Positions 17,931-26,620 of a DNA stretch of 64,000 bases are shown piece after piece (position 1 is the first letter of the stretch; every line of letters starts with the position of its first letter). The stretch covers positions 480,001 to 544,000 of the forward strand of contig CAWHBU010000004.1 of the NCBI GenBank assembly GCA_963827685.1. Direction: 5' to 3'. A program made the translations under genes and the position numbers. The notes under the pieces are model-generated. The model saw only the letters and a list, made by a program, of their open reading frames with translations. It was not told where the DNA came from and made no database searches. Origin of the DNA: an uncultured delta proteobacterium (GTDB lineage Bacteria; Desulfobacterota; BSN033; UBA1163).

Positions 17931-18199
17931 GGGGTCAATTTTTCATCGTTGATAAGCCATATAAGAATATGCTGAAGCCCTGAAATGGTAAGGCCGCTTC
18001 GGAGGAGAAAGGAGTTCTTCGTCAGATGGGGATGGAGTTACATTACCGGGTAGGAGGACTGAGAGGCCGGGAAATAGGAGAGCTTTTCCGAGGGGGTGAC
18101 AGATCGGTGACCCAGGAGTGAAAGAGATTGAGGGATCGGCTAAGCGATGATCGGAATACTCAGAATCTTGGAAAATATAACGATTGAAGAATTGGCCCC
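17931..18199 (+). mobile_element. Internally deleted RAYT/Y1 (IS200-like HUH) transposase element
   Basis: Imperfect IR GGGGTCAATTTTTCATCGTTGATA / TATAACGATTGAAGAATTGGCCCC. Inside: ATG-MVRPLR (RAYT-like N-terminus), then a decayed HTH tail RQMGMELHYRVGGLRGREIGELF...VTQE*KRL. Confidence 0.65.
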
Positions 18200-18291
18200 C
18201 TGGTTCCCTTCTTAAGCCAGAAAATGGTAAATGTTTTTAACGTGGTCTTCAAAGGTTGAAGCATAGAGAGCTTGCCTGCTCTTAAGATCTT

Positions 18292-19119
18292 CTATGAACA
18301 CACCTCCTTTGCAGGTTCCTTTAAGTATTGCCCCAAAATCGATTTTGAAAACAATCCATTCGAAAAAGAGACATACGTTATTAGATGCGACTCCTCTGGA
18401 ATTATAACAAATCTATGTAATGGCTTATAGGATTTGCTCATTAGTCGCTCTATTAACAGCTTTCCTGGTTTCACCCCACCTTGGATGAAATCCCTTATGC
18501 CGTCAAACTGTGCTTTAAGCAATTGGTTACCAAGCCAGAAATATAGAAAGTTCATTGCTATTGAGGTGGGAACCCTATCATCCATCAAGTTTCCCTTTAA
18601 TTCAGGAATTATCTTTTCAATTTCGACTTTTTTTATCGACAGTTCTCCGGACAGTTCAGTTTTGACGTTGAAAGGCATTTCGCTGTAAATTTCAACCAAT
18701 TCTTTCCCTAATTTGTTTCTCTTTGACATGCCGTTCAGTATTCTTGTCGCCTCGGTTGGATCACAGATCACCGAACCATTATCCAATTCCTTGGCAGCTA
18801 CTTTGAACTTCCCTTTCTTGAAAAACATATGTACAAAACGACCCAGCTGATCCCTTCCAAGAAATTTTCTTTTTTCTCTGATTTTATCTGCTAACTCAGG
18901 GATCTCCTTGCTTACATTTTCGATAGCAAGACTTATGGATGGATCGTCCCTAAGCTGAGAAATCAATCTTGCCCCTCCTACTTGATTGTTACACTTTGTG
19001 CAAAGCAAGCAGGCCTGTGTAAATCCTCCCACAGATTCAGGGAAAAGATGCTCCCAGCTATCAGGAGTATTTCTATTGCAAAAAAGGCAACGATCCGGCA
19101 GTCCAATTTTGAGTCTCAC
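18292..19119 (-). CDS. HNH endonuclease (HNH_5-like); C-terminus probably frameshifted
   Basis: CLFC...SWEHLFPESVGG...LCTKCNNQVG. Confidence 0.8.
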   Translation of the reverse strand: MRLKIGLPDRCLFCNRNTPDSWEHLFPESVGGFTQACLLCTKCNNQVGGARLISQLRDDPSISLAIENVSKEIPELADKIREKRKFLGRDQLGRFVHMFFKKGKFKVAAKELDNGSVICDPTEATRILNGMSKRNKLGKELVEIYSEMPFNVKTELSGELSIKKVEIEKIIPELKGNLMDDRVPTSIAMNFLYFWLGNQLLKAQFDGIRDFIQGGVKPGKLLIERLMSKSYKPLHRFVIIPEESHLITYVSFSNGLFSKSILGQYLKEPAKEVCS

Positions 19120-19456
19120 CCTATTTCCTTAAGAACTGTAGAGCAGACGTCCTTCAACCGCGTCCAATACCTACGCTCGGCATTTCAAAAGTGGAGAATA
19201 CTAATTGATTTGGTGAATATGATACCTCTTTCGACAAAAGAATTAAAGACCCTCCTCCCTCACCATTTCAGGATACTTCAGAAGGCACTTATCTTGATCC
19301 GGCTTTCTTTTCTCTATGCGGTCTTCACAAACATTTCCAGAAACAATTCCGTGCTTCGGAATTGTTCCCAAATCGCGAATGTTAAATTATTTGTTTTGTT
19401 TGAACCGCTGTGGAATTGAAAAAGAGCAACCAATAACCTGAGAATCGTATCGATAT

Positions 19457-19981
19457 CTATAAGTATCCCAAATTTGTCAAACGATACCTCATCGTGTCTT
19501 CACTAACATTAAATCGCTCGGCCAGATCCTTAATTGAGACTATATTGTTTTCGATACACCTGAGCAGCAACTTTTCTGGAAGAAGTAGCTCAGCGGCAAA
19601 ATGGTTTGCCTCTACCTCATCTAAACCTGACACGTTATCAGCCCGTAAATAAATTTTATCTGGGTCGTTCTTATCGTAATGTAGTACTTCAGCTGAATGA
19701 AGTATATAATGCCCAATTTCATGGGCGATTGTAAACCTGCGTCTGTGTTCATGATGGTTTGAATTGACACCCAGGAATAATTTACCATCTTTTTTGAAAA
19801 AAACCCCCGATATGTTATCAGAGAAAGAATGTTCAATAACCTTGACTTCAAGAGCATCTGTAATTTGTTCCAAGTCTGTTGAAAAGTCCTTAGACCTTCT
19901 TATATTTATATTATCTGGATTAAACCCGCATTGAGAAAGCAATTTTTTTGCTTGTCTTATAGCAAACTTTTTCCCTTTCAT
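19457..19981 (-). CDS. ImmA/IrrE-family Zn metallopeptidase (CapP-like)
   Basis: RRRFTIAHEIGHYILH, EVEANHFAAELLLP, C-terminal HTH LAERFNVS. Confidence 0.92.
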   Translation of the reverse strand: MKGKKFAIRQAKKLLSQCGFNPDNINIRRSKDFSTDLEQITDALEVKVIEHSFSDNISGVFFKKDGKLFLGVNSNHHEHRRRFTIAHEIGHYILHSAEVLHYDKNDPDKIYLRADNVSGLDEVEANHFAAELLLPEKLLLRCIENNIVSIKDLAERFNVSEDTMRYRLTNLGYL

Positions 19982-19992
19982 ATTTCACCTCC

Positions 19993-20319
19993 TTACTCTG
20001 CATTTTCAATAAAATCCTTAATTTCTTTTTTCTCAATAGTTTTCAGATCGTTGGCCTGATCTAATAGACCATGAGGTTGAGATCTTGATTTGATTTCCCT
20101 TAAGGAGGGCAAAATATCTCCTGCTTCAATTTCAAGAAAGTCAGCTATTTTATAAAGATCAGAGATATAGATAGCTTGATTACTGTTTTCATAATTGGCA
20201 ATTGAGGCTCTGGAAACACCGATAGCTTTTCCTAACTCTTCTTGAGTAAGGCTTTTGTTTTCACGAAATTGTCTGATTCTCTTGCCTATCTCTATGTAGA
20301 GAAGATCATCGTCAATCAT
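19993..20319 (-). CDS. XRE-family HTH transcriptional regulator (CapH-like position)
   Basis: IGKRIRQFRENKSLTQEELGKAIGVSRASIANYE. Confidence 0.92.
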   Translation of the reverse strand: MIDDDLLYIEIGKRIRQFRENKSLTQEELGKAIGVSRASIANYENSNQAIYISDLYKIADFLEIEAGDILPSLREIKSRSQPHGLLDQANDLKTIEKKEIKDFIENAE

Positions 20320-20331
20320 ATTGTCCTGCTA

Positions 20332-20361
20332 ATACTACTAATTTCATAAACAACTTGTCAA
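20332..20361 (-). promoter_or_regulatory. sigma70-like promoter for the XRE-peptidase operon
   Basis: TTGACA-18 nt-TAGTAT on the minus strand just upstream of the ATG at 20319. Confidence 0.55.
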
Positions 20362-20480
20362 CATTTATTTTAACCCATTTCTGGGAAAAAACCAACTTCT
20401 TTTAATCGTACTAACATATTAATATCGTTAATTATTTTTTCAAAACATGAGGCCACCTCCTCAAAAAAATGTTTTCAGTA

Positions 20481-20509
20481 TTGACATTTGTATGAATGTT
20501 TGTTAAACT
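20481..20509 (+). promoter_or_regulatory. sigma70-like promoter for the CBASS operon
   Basis: TTGACA-17 nt-TAAACT. Confidence 0.65.
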
Positions 20510-20555
20510 GGAACAGAAATTAGTTTAATTGTATAATCCAAATGGAGGAAGAGAA

Positions 20556-20657
20556 ATGAAAAATGAAGCTGGGGCAAGGGGCCGCCCCTCTCCCCTGAAA
20601 CAGGGGATGAGGCAAATACAGCCCAAGCGAAACCGGAGTCGCAAATCGTTCAATTGA
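20556..20657 (+). CDS. Small ORF (33 aa) leading the CBASS operon
   Basis: GGAGG RBS then MKNEAGARGRPSPLKQGMRQIQPKRNRSRKSFN*. Confidence 0.4.
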   Translation: MKNEAGARGRPSPLKQGMRQIQPKRNRSRKSFN

Positions 20658-20699
20658 TGCTTCAATGGGCTAAAGGGCATGGACGGGTAGGGAATCATA

Positions 20700-21218
20700 A
20701 TGAACTTGGATGATGATCAAAAATTACAGGTTTTACTGGCTGACCTCCAAGAGCGGTACAGTGCTTCCCACATGATACGGGAACGAAGCGTAAAGTTTAC
20801 TCTATGGATTTCAGGAATGGCCATCGGTCTTGGCTGGCTGCTAATAAGTCAGAAGGCTCTTACCCTTCCTCAACAGGTTGCCCTGACACTTCTCATTCTG
20901 GCTCTTTTTGCTGGTACACTCTATTTCTTGATGGGTCTTAGAAGGGGTTTTCAAAAAAACCGTGAGGCCATGATCAATTGCGAATCTGCCTTGGGTATGC
21001 ACGAATCAGGAATCTATTTGAAAGACGTACCCCTTTTGCCCATAGAATACAGGAATACAAATCGTAAATGGAGCGACCATTTCCTTACATTATATATGTG
21101 GTTGATTCTAGTAGCTGTATCATTACTTATCCTTACATGGACCTGTCCCGAGCCGGCAAAAAGCCTTTCACCAAAGGTTAAAAGTCAACAATTGATAGGA
21201 GGTAAAGACAATGTCTGA
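20700..21218 (+). CDS. CBASS membrane effector candidate (3 TM)
   Basis: Three hydrophobic helices; overlaps the CD-NTase start; no nuclease, SAVED, TIR or patatin motif. Confidence 0.7.
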   Translation: MNLDDDQKLQVLLADLQERYSASHMIRERSVKFTLWISGMAIGLGWLLISQKALTLPQQVALTLLILALFAGTLYFLMGLRRGFQKNREAMINCESALGMHESGIYLKDVPLLPIEYRNTNRKWSDHFLTLYMWLILVAVSLLILTWTCPEPAKSLSPKVKSQQLIGGKDNV

Positions 21219-22194
21219 TCTAAAGAGTGAATTCAAAACATTTCATGATCGAATTGTGCTAACCCCTGGGAAAAAGGAAGCTCTCAGAAAGGGGCGGAAG
21301 GCTATTCGAGATCGCATTCGAAATTATTTCCGCGAAGAATTAAAGGTGAAATTACCCAAATTTCAGGGGCAGGGCTCCTTTGTAATGGAAACGACAGTAA
21401 ATCCATTGGATGGCGAATTCGACATTGATGACGGTGTTTACCTTCAGCATTTGGATGAAAAAGATGATAGCAAATGGCCCAAACCTGAGACCGTGCATAA
21501 CTGGCTACTTAAAGCCACTGAAGGACATACGAACGAGAAACCCAAAGACAAACGCACTTGCGTTCGCGTTCGGTATGCGGGTCAATACCATGTGGACTTG
21601 CCTTCTTATACAAAACTTGATGGCGACTATTTACTGGCTGAAAAGGGAAATAAGGGCTGGCATCGGAGTGATCCCCTCGCCCTAACCCTCTGGTTCGAGA
21701 ACCATGTAAAGGCTCACGGTGAACAACTTCGCAGGTTAGTTCGATACCTCAAAGCATGGGGGGACTTCCAAACCGGCAGGAGAGGGACGATGCCAAGTGG
21801 ATTGATCTTAACAGTGCTAGCGACCCAATATTTTAGTGCGGATGAAAGGGAGGATGTAGCTTTAGGGAATTTAGCACAGGCCATTTCCAATACTGTTCAT
21901 TCGGTTTTCTGTGTCTATAATCCCGTTGATACCGAAGAAGAACTTACCGCCCACCTGACCGATGAACAAAAGGCACGATTCCAGGAATCCATTTCGGAGT
22001 TGGCCTCTGACGCTGCCAAGGCCACCGACACCGATGACAGTCAGGAGGCATCTAGACTCTGGAGAAGGCAACTCGGTGACCGCTTTCCCTCAATCGAGAC
22101 GGATATGACATTCGGTGACAGGCAGAAAGCCGTCAGTAGTCTTGCTGGAGGATACATGACAAGTAATCCATCAAAACCCTGGGCGATCTCCTGA
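21211..22194 (+). CDS. CD-NTase (cGAS/DncV-like SMODS nucleotidyltransferase)
   Basis: QGSFVMETTVNP...EFDIDDGVYL, KRTCVRVRY...HVDLPSY, SDP, LRRLVRYLKAW, PSGLILTVL. Confidence 0.92.
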   Translation: MSDLKSEFKTFHDRIVLTPGKKEALRKGRKAIRDRIRNYFREELKVKLPKFQGQGSFVMETTVNPLDGEFDIDDGVYLQHLDEKDDSKWPKPETVHNWLLKATEGHTNEKPKDKRTCVRVRYAGQYHVDLPSYTKLDGDYLLAEKGNKGWHRSDPLALTLWFENHVKAHGEQLRRLVRYLKAWGDFQTGRRGTMPSGLILTVLATQYFSADEREDVALGNLAQAISNTVHSVFCVYNPVDTEEELTAHLTDEQKARFQESISELASDAAKATDTDDSQEASRLWRRQLGDRFPSIETDMTFGDRQKAVSSLAGGYMTSNPSKPWAIS

Positions 22195-22931
22195 TGACAC
22201 AATGGTATCAAAGGAACCGTGAACTATTTTGCAAGGAACGGAATGCTGTGGTATCAACCTGTCCGTTAATGCGAATGGTAATAGCACCGTTGGGGTTTAG
22301 AATAAACAGAGTATCCTCACTGAAACATGAATCCGCTATTGCCCATGGGACATATTTGCTCAGAATACCTGATTCCAATAAACAGATTGAGTATGGGATT
22401 GTTCTTGTTTTTCCAAACAATTATCCTAAAGAAGCCCCGTTAATGTTCTGTAATGACCCGAAACTGCCCATCGGAGATATCGACCGCCATATAATGAATG
22501 ATGGTATGGCTTGCTTGGGAGTTCATGCCGAAATATATATGCGGTGGCAACCTTCTCTCAATTTTATTAATTTCCTTGAACAGTTCGTTGCGCCTTTCCT
22601 GGCTTGGCAGGCCTATTATGATGTATATCAAAAGCCACCCTTCTGGGGAGAACGATCACATTATGGAAAGGGCATAATTCAATTCTATGCAGAACTACTT
22701 GGTAGAGAACCAGATCCTTCAGTTGCGAATTTTATCCACCTATTGGCTAAAAAGAACTACCCCAAAGGCCACACACTTTGCCCGTGTAATTCAGGATTGA
22801 AATTGAGAAATTGCCACAAAGAGTTTGTGGATGAGATGCGTAAGCGCATTCCATGGCAGGAGGTAGAAAAAGATCTAAACGCCCTATTACTGAGCAATCA
22901 CAGGCTTAAGGAACGTAATCAAGTTATTTAA
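22194..22931 (+). CDS. Prokaryotic E2 (ubiquitin-conjugating-like) enzyme with C-terminal SEC-C motif
   Basis: FPNNYPKEAP, RHIMNDGMACLG (catalytic Cys), WGERSH, CPCNSGLKLRNCH. TGATG coupling to the CD-NTase. Confidence 0.85.
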   Translation: MTQWYQRNRELFCKERNAVVSTCPLMRMVIAPLGFRINRVSSLKHESAIAHGTYLLRIPDSNKQIEYGIVLVFPNNYPKEAPLMFCNDPKLPIGDIDRHIMNDGMACLGVHAEIYMRWQPSLNFINFLEQFVAPFLAWQAYYDVYQKPPFWGERSHYGKGIIQFYAELLGREPDPSVANFIHLLAKKNYPKGHTLCPCNSGLKLRNCHKEFVDEMRKRIPWQEVEKDLNALLLSNHRLKERNQVI

Positions 22932-23024
22932 CTTTTTTGGGCTACGGTATCAGGGCTACACTATTCACAGGTAATTGAAACAATAAGAAAAGAAATTTCA
23001 CCTTAATGAGAAAGGAGGTTTCAG

Positions 23025-23315
23025 ATGTCAAAATCTATTCATGACGAAATTGCTTCACGAATTGCTAAAAAATTGGGCACCGAATACAAGGCTCACGAGG
23101 GGATAGACATTGTTAAGGATAAGGTCATTGAAGTGGAAACTAAGAAAAACTCACTTTCTCAAGGCATACGGCAAGTAATTAGATCACAAAAACCAAGGTA
23201 TCTTGCTGTGAATAATCCTAACATTATAAATGCTCTGGAGGTAACAAAAGGGACAGGCGTAGGTGTAATGGGCCCAACAGGGAGAATTATTAAGAGGGCT
23301 TCGAGAAAAGGGTGA
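23025..23315 (+). CDS. Small basic protein, possible minimal PD-(D/E)XK-fold nuclease
   Basis: AAGGAGG RBS; H...GIDIV...IEVETK...QGIRQ pattern. Confidence 0.6.
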   Translation: MSKSIHDEIASRIAKKLGTEYKAHEGIDIVKDKVIEVETKKNSLSQGIRQVIRSQKPRYLAVNNPNIINALEVTKGTGVGVMGPTGRIIKRASRKG

Positions 23316-23395
23316 TTTGGCTTTTGGCGTCATCCATTAGATAGTTGGCCCGGTCAATTGTGGGTTATAATAGCCCTCTTAGATAGGAACAGCGA

Positions 23396-23965
23396 ATGGA
23401 TGGAAGGGGAGATAAGGCAATCTTTGGTCAGCTCCGACAGACACTACCGGGGGTGCGCAAGTGGATCGATGGTTACGTGGAGGCACACGCTCACTTGGCA
23501 GTTCCTGTCGCGGAGCTTGGCTTTGGCAGACTATCACAGTACTTCTATCAAAACCGCCTTGGCACTAGCAAAGCTGTAAAGGTAGATCGTGTGCAGGTTC
23601 CCCCGCTGAGCAAAATGGGAATGCCATACTTCGCCGATTTCGAAGAAACTACGTTTACAGGGATCACTTACATGGACACCTTCTTTCTTGCACCTTCAGT
23701 CCACAGCTGTGAGTCTACTCACTTCCACGAGCTTATCCACGTTGTTCAATGGGACGTATTGGGGCCAGACTTGTTTCTTATGGTTTATGCCGTAGGCCTC
23801 TTGGCACTTGGATATGAAAACTCACCTTTGGAGAGAATGGCTTACGAACTTCAGAGGGAGTTCGAGGCTGGTCACTCCATCCCGCAAGTGGAGTTGCAAG
23901 TCCGAGAAAAGACAGTACTAGTGGCAAAGACTGCAGACATCGGAGAGATCGGTGCCAGGTCTTGA
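23396..23965 (+). CDS. HEXXH zinc-metallopeptidase-like hypothetical protein (DUF4157-like)
   Basis: GITY...FHELIHVVQW...YENSPLERMAY. Confidence 0.7.
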   Translation: MDGRGDKAIFGQLRQTLPGVRKWIDGYVEAHAHLAVPVAELGFGRLSQYFYQNRLGTSKAVKVDRVQVPPLSKMGMPYFADFEETTFTGITYMDTFFLAPSVHSCESTHFHELIHVVQWDVLGPDLFLMVYAVGLLALGYENSPLERMAYELQREFEAGHSIPQVELQVREKTVLVAKTADIGEIGARS

Positions 23966-24025
23966 CGGGCTCCTACTCAAATGGCCCAATTCAAAAATGT
24001 CTGAAAATTTAAGTTTCGATGAATG
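23966..24025 (-). mobile_element. Degenerate IS1182 right-end remnant
   Basis: CGGGCTCCTACTCAAATGGCCCAATTCAAAAATGTCTGAAAATTTAAGTTTCGATGAATG matches the right end of the IS at 45180-46800 and 29913 onward. Confidence 0.7.
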
Positions 24026-24287
24026 GCAATTCAGGGGGGCGTCCAGAAAATTATAAGAATCTTATAAGGGATTTAGGTCATCCGCAAAAAAGCTGGCCCA
24101 CCCAATTGTCGAATGCGGATTGCGGAATGGGGAATTCAAAATATTAGAAACAGCATGGATCAGAGCGCAAAGGGCATGGTGTAAACCTCAAAGTTGAAAG
24201 CTCAAAGTCCTCGTTCACTCATTTTATCTCGCCAGCAGAACAAAAAATCAGTTGACATTGTGATATAAACGGATTATGTGAGGCTTT

Positions 24288-24350
24288 GGGGTCAAAGCTA
24301 CATTATACACTTTGCTTGATACAGAACGAGAGGGCTCTGGGCTTAGAAAT
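24288..24350 (+). repeat. ~63-bp repeat, copy 1 (copy 2 at 38987-39049)
   Basis: 40 identical bases GGGGTCAAAGCTACATTATACACTTTGCTTGATACAGAAC followed by a near-identical tail. Confidence 0.85.
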
Positions 24351-24600
24351 TAAGGTGAGTCGGGTCTCGGGTCGGACCCAGTGAACTGCTTGATCGAATT
24401 AATGAACTATCGGGACGTTCGTGCAGAGCGTGCTTGGAAGTATCAGGAATCACGTGGCATCCATAAAAAAGCTGGCCCATTCGATTGCAGAATGCGGATT
24501 TCGGATTGCGGACTGCGAATGCCGAATTCAAAACTAAAAACAGCATAGCGCATAGCGTCCAGTAGATGTTAGACAGCAATAAAGGTTGAATTTAAGGGAA

Positions 24601-24629
24601 TATTCTGATATATTGAGATTATCAGAATA
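24601..24629. promoter_or_regulatory. Inverted-repeat operator upstream of the TA operon
   Basis: TATTCTGATA-N9-TATCAGAATA directly before the AAGGAGG RBS. Confidence 0.6.
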
Positions 24630-24641
24630 AGGAGGATTTTT

Positions 24642-24929
24642 ATGGAAAATATGGCTACCGCCCCTAAATTGGTGCGAGTCAGATCAAAGGGTCAACTCAC
24701 CATCCCGCAGGATATGAGAGAGGCCTTAAGTCTTGATGAGAGTACAGGTCTCAATATCTTTCGGGTTGGCAAGGTATTGATTCTATCTCCCAAACGCTTG
24801 CAACGGGCCTCATTGGCTAAGGAAGTAGAGCGAGAAATGAAGCGTCAAGGATTGACCTTGAAAGATCTCATTTCAGATCTACGGGTTCAAAGGGAGAAAT
24901 ACCTTGCGGAAGCCTACTCAGAAGATTAA
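24642..24929 (+). CDS. AbrB/MazE-fold antitoxin
   Basis: VRVRSKGQLTIPQDMREALSL. Confidence 0.88.
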   Translation: MENMATAPKLVRVRSKGQLTIPQDMREALSLDESTGLNIFRVGKVLILSPKRLQRASLAKEVEREMKRQGLTLKDLISDLRVQREKYLAEAYSED

Positions 24930-25359
24930 GGTTTTTATCGACACCAACGTCCTTATTGCTGGAGTCAATTCGGTTACCGGAGCATCAGCAACCATCCTGG
25001 ACTTATGTGAGGCACGAGTTCTGCAGATGGTGGTTAGTCGGCAAGTTTTAATTGAGGCCGACAGAAATTTTGCAGCGAAGTTTCCCCAATTGGTTGGCCG
25101 TTTCCGTCAATTCATGCACAATTTAGCCCCTCTCATGGTTGAGGACCCAACGCCGGAGTCTATGGAAAAGGCGGCCACTATCATTGATCGCAAGGATGCG
25201 CCCATACTGGCTGCGGCAGAGAATGCCAATGTAGATTTTCTAATTACATTAGATAAGAAGCACTTTCTCAATCCAAAAACGAGACAGAAAGTAATGTTGA
25301 AGGTGGTAAGCCCAATAGAATTCCTACAATCCTTTGAGAAATTATTCCTTGAAGAATAA
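24904..25359 (+). CDS. PIN-domain (VapC-like) toxin
   Basis: VFIDTNVLIA, E, DRKDAPILAAA, LITLDKKHFL. Confidence 0.9.
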   Translation: MRKPTQKIKVFIDTNVLIAGVNSVTGASATILDLCEARVLQMVVSRQVLIEADRNFAAKFPQLVGRFRQFMHNLAPLMVEDPTPESMEKAATIIDRKDAPILAAAENANVDFLITLDKKHFLNPKTRQKVMLKVVSPIEFLQSFEKLFLEE

Positions 25360-25414
25360 CTTAGATGTCCGGTGTCATCCATAAAAAAGTTGGCCCATTC
25401 GATTGCAGAATGCG

Positions 25415-25448
25415 CCTGCCTGCGCGAAGCCGCTCCGGCGGAGGCAGG
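25415..25448. mobile_element. 34-bp CCTGCC...GGCAGG palindromic insertion
   Basis: Filled site AATGCG[CCTGCC...GGCAGG]GATTTCGG versus empty AATGCGGATTTCGG at about 24491. Confidence 0.75.
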
Positions 25449-25925
25449 GATTTCGGATTGCTGATTGCGGAATTTAAAACTAAAAAGAGCATGGAGCACA
25501 GCGTCAACAATAAACCACTTGTTGGGGCATCGAGGAATCGATGGTTGAGAAGCAGGAGACATGGTATTACCCCCAAATTCCGCTTTCTCCTGACCGAACC
25601 CGGAGCAAAGGCTATTTCAAGTCGACTTGGTCAAGAACTCGGGTGAGCGAGATGACGATATGCCGCCAACCTGATGATTACAAAAAAGTCAGAGATTCAC
25701 GTGACAACCCCTGTCTTTCTCCGAACAGATCTTCCATCCATTCCAAGCCGTGTCCGATCTCTTCCTTGCTGAAGCCAATGGTGATATTGACGCCACCATT
25801 CTGATTATGTAGACTTTTAATATATATGGAGAAGGAGAGCATTCCGTTCAAAATTCTTCGCTTCGTTTGCGCCTCTCGCGGGATAGAGCTTAGAGATACA
25901 ACCCATTTACGAAAGGAGACGCCAT

Positions 25926-26474
25926 ATGGAAATGCATGAAGTAATCGCAAAGAGGAGAACAATTCGCATTTTTAAGAAGAAAGCTTCGGAAGAACAGCTC
26001 AAGAAAATTATTCTGGCGGGCACCCAGGCACCCTCAGCCGGAAATTCTCAGCCCTGGGAGTTCATTATTATTGATGATCAAAAGACTATCGATCAAATTG
26101 CGGAACGAAAGTATCAGCTTAGCTTAACGATGCCTCCTCGTGCTGGAGAAGGACAGGATAAAGTTCAAGAGAGGGCGGTCGGTCAGAGGAAATCATTCGA
26201 GAATGCGAGTGCTGTTGCAGTCTGCCATCAGAAAGGGGCGGCGGCAAGTGCCTGGCTTTGCATCGAAAATATGTCTTTGGTTGCGGTTGCCGATGGTTTG
26301 GGAAGTGGGATCGTGGTCTTTTGGGGGGAGCAGGAAAAGGAGGTTAAAAAAATCCTTGGTATTCCAGAAGATTATGAGTTAGCTGCCATTCTGAAGATCG
26401 GGGAACCAGGGGAGAAACCCTCTCTTCCTCCGAAGCGATCCGAATTCAGTTGGTTACACAGAAACAGGTTTTAA
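25926..26474 (+). CDS. Nitroreductase family protein
   Basis: KRRTIRIF, APSAGNSQPWEF, ENMSLVAVADGLGS, LGIPE. Confidence 0.92.
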   Translation: MEMHEVIAKRRTIRIFKKKASEEQLKKIILAGTQAPSAGNSQPWEFIIIDDQKTIDQIAERKYQLSLTMPPRAGEGQDKVQERAVGQRKSFENASAVAVCHQKGAAASAWLCIENMSLVAVADGLGSGIVVFWGEQEKEVKKILGIPEDYELAAILKIGEPGEKPSLPPKRSEFSWLHRNRF

Positions 26475-26620
26475 TAAATGAAAACGGACTCCGGTGTCAG
26501 GACTACACTATTCACAAGTTCTTGGGTCAGGCATTGGTAATTCGGTAAAGGCTCTCTTATTTCTTTTGATCCCTGCGCTAATCCCTTTATTTTAAATTAA
26601 ATCGAGGAGGCTCGGAAATC

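Noticed and set aside
18982-19419. 145-aa plus-strand ORF between the HNH and peptidase genes
   Set aside because: It overlaps the HNH gene antisense, has no RBS or motif, and lies in AT-rich spacer.
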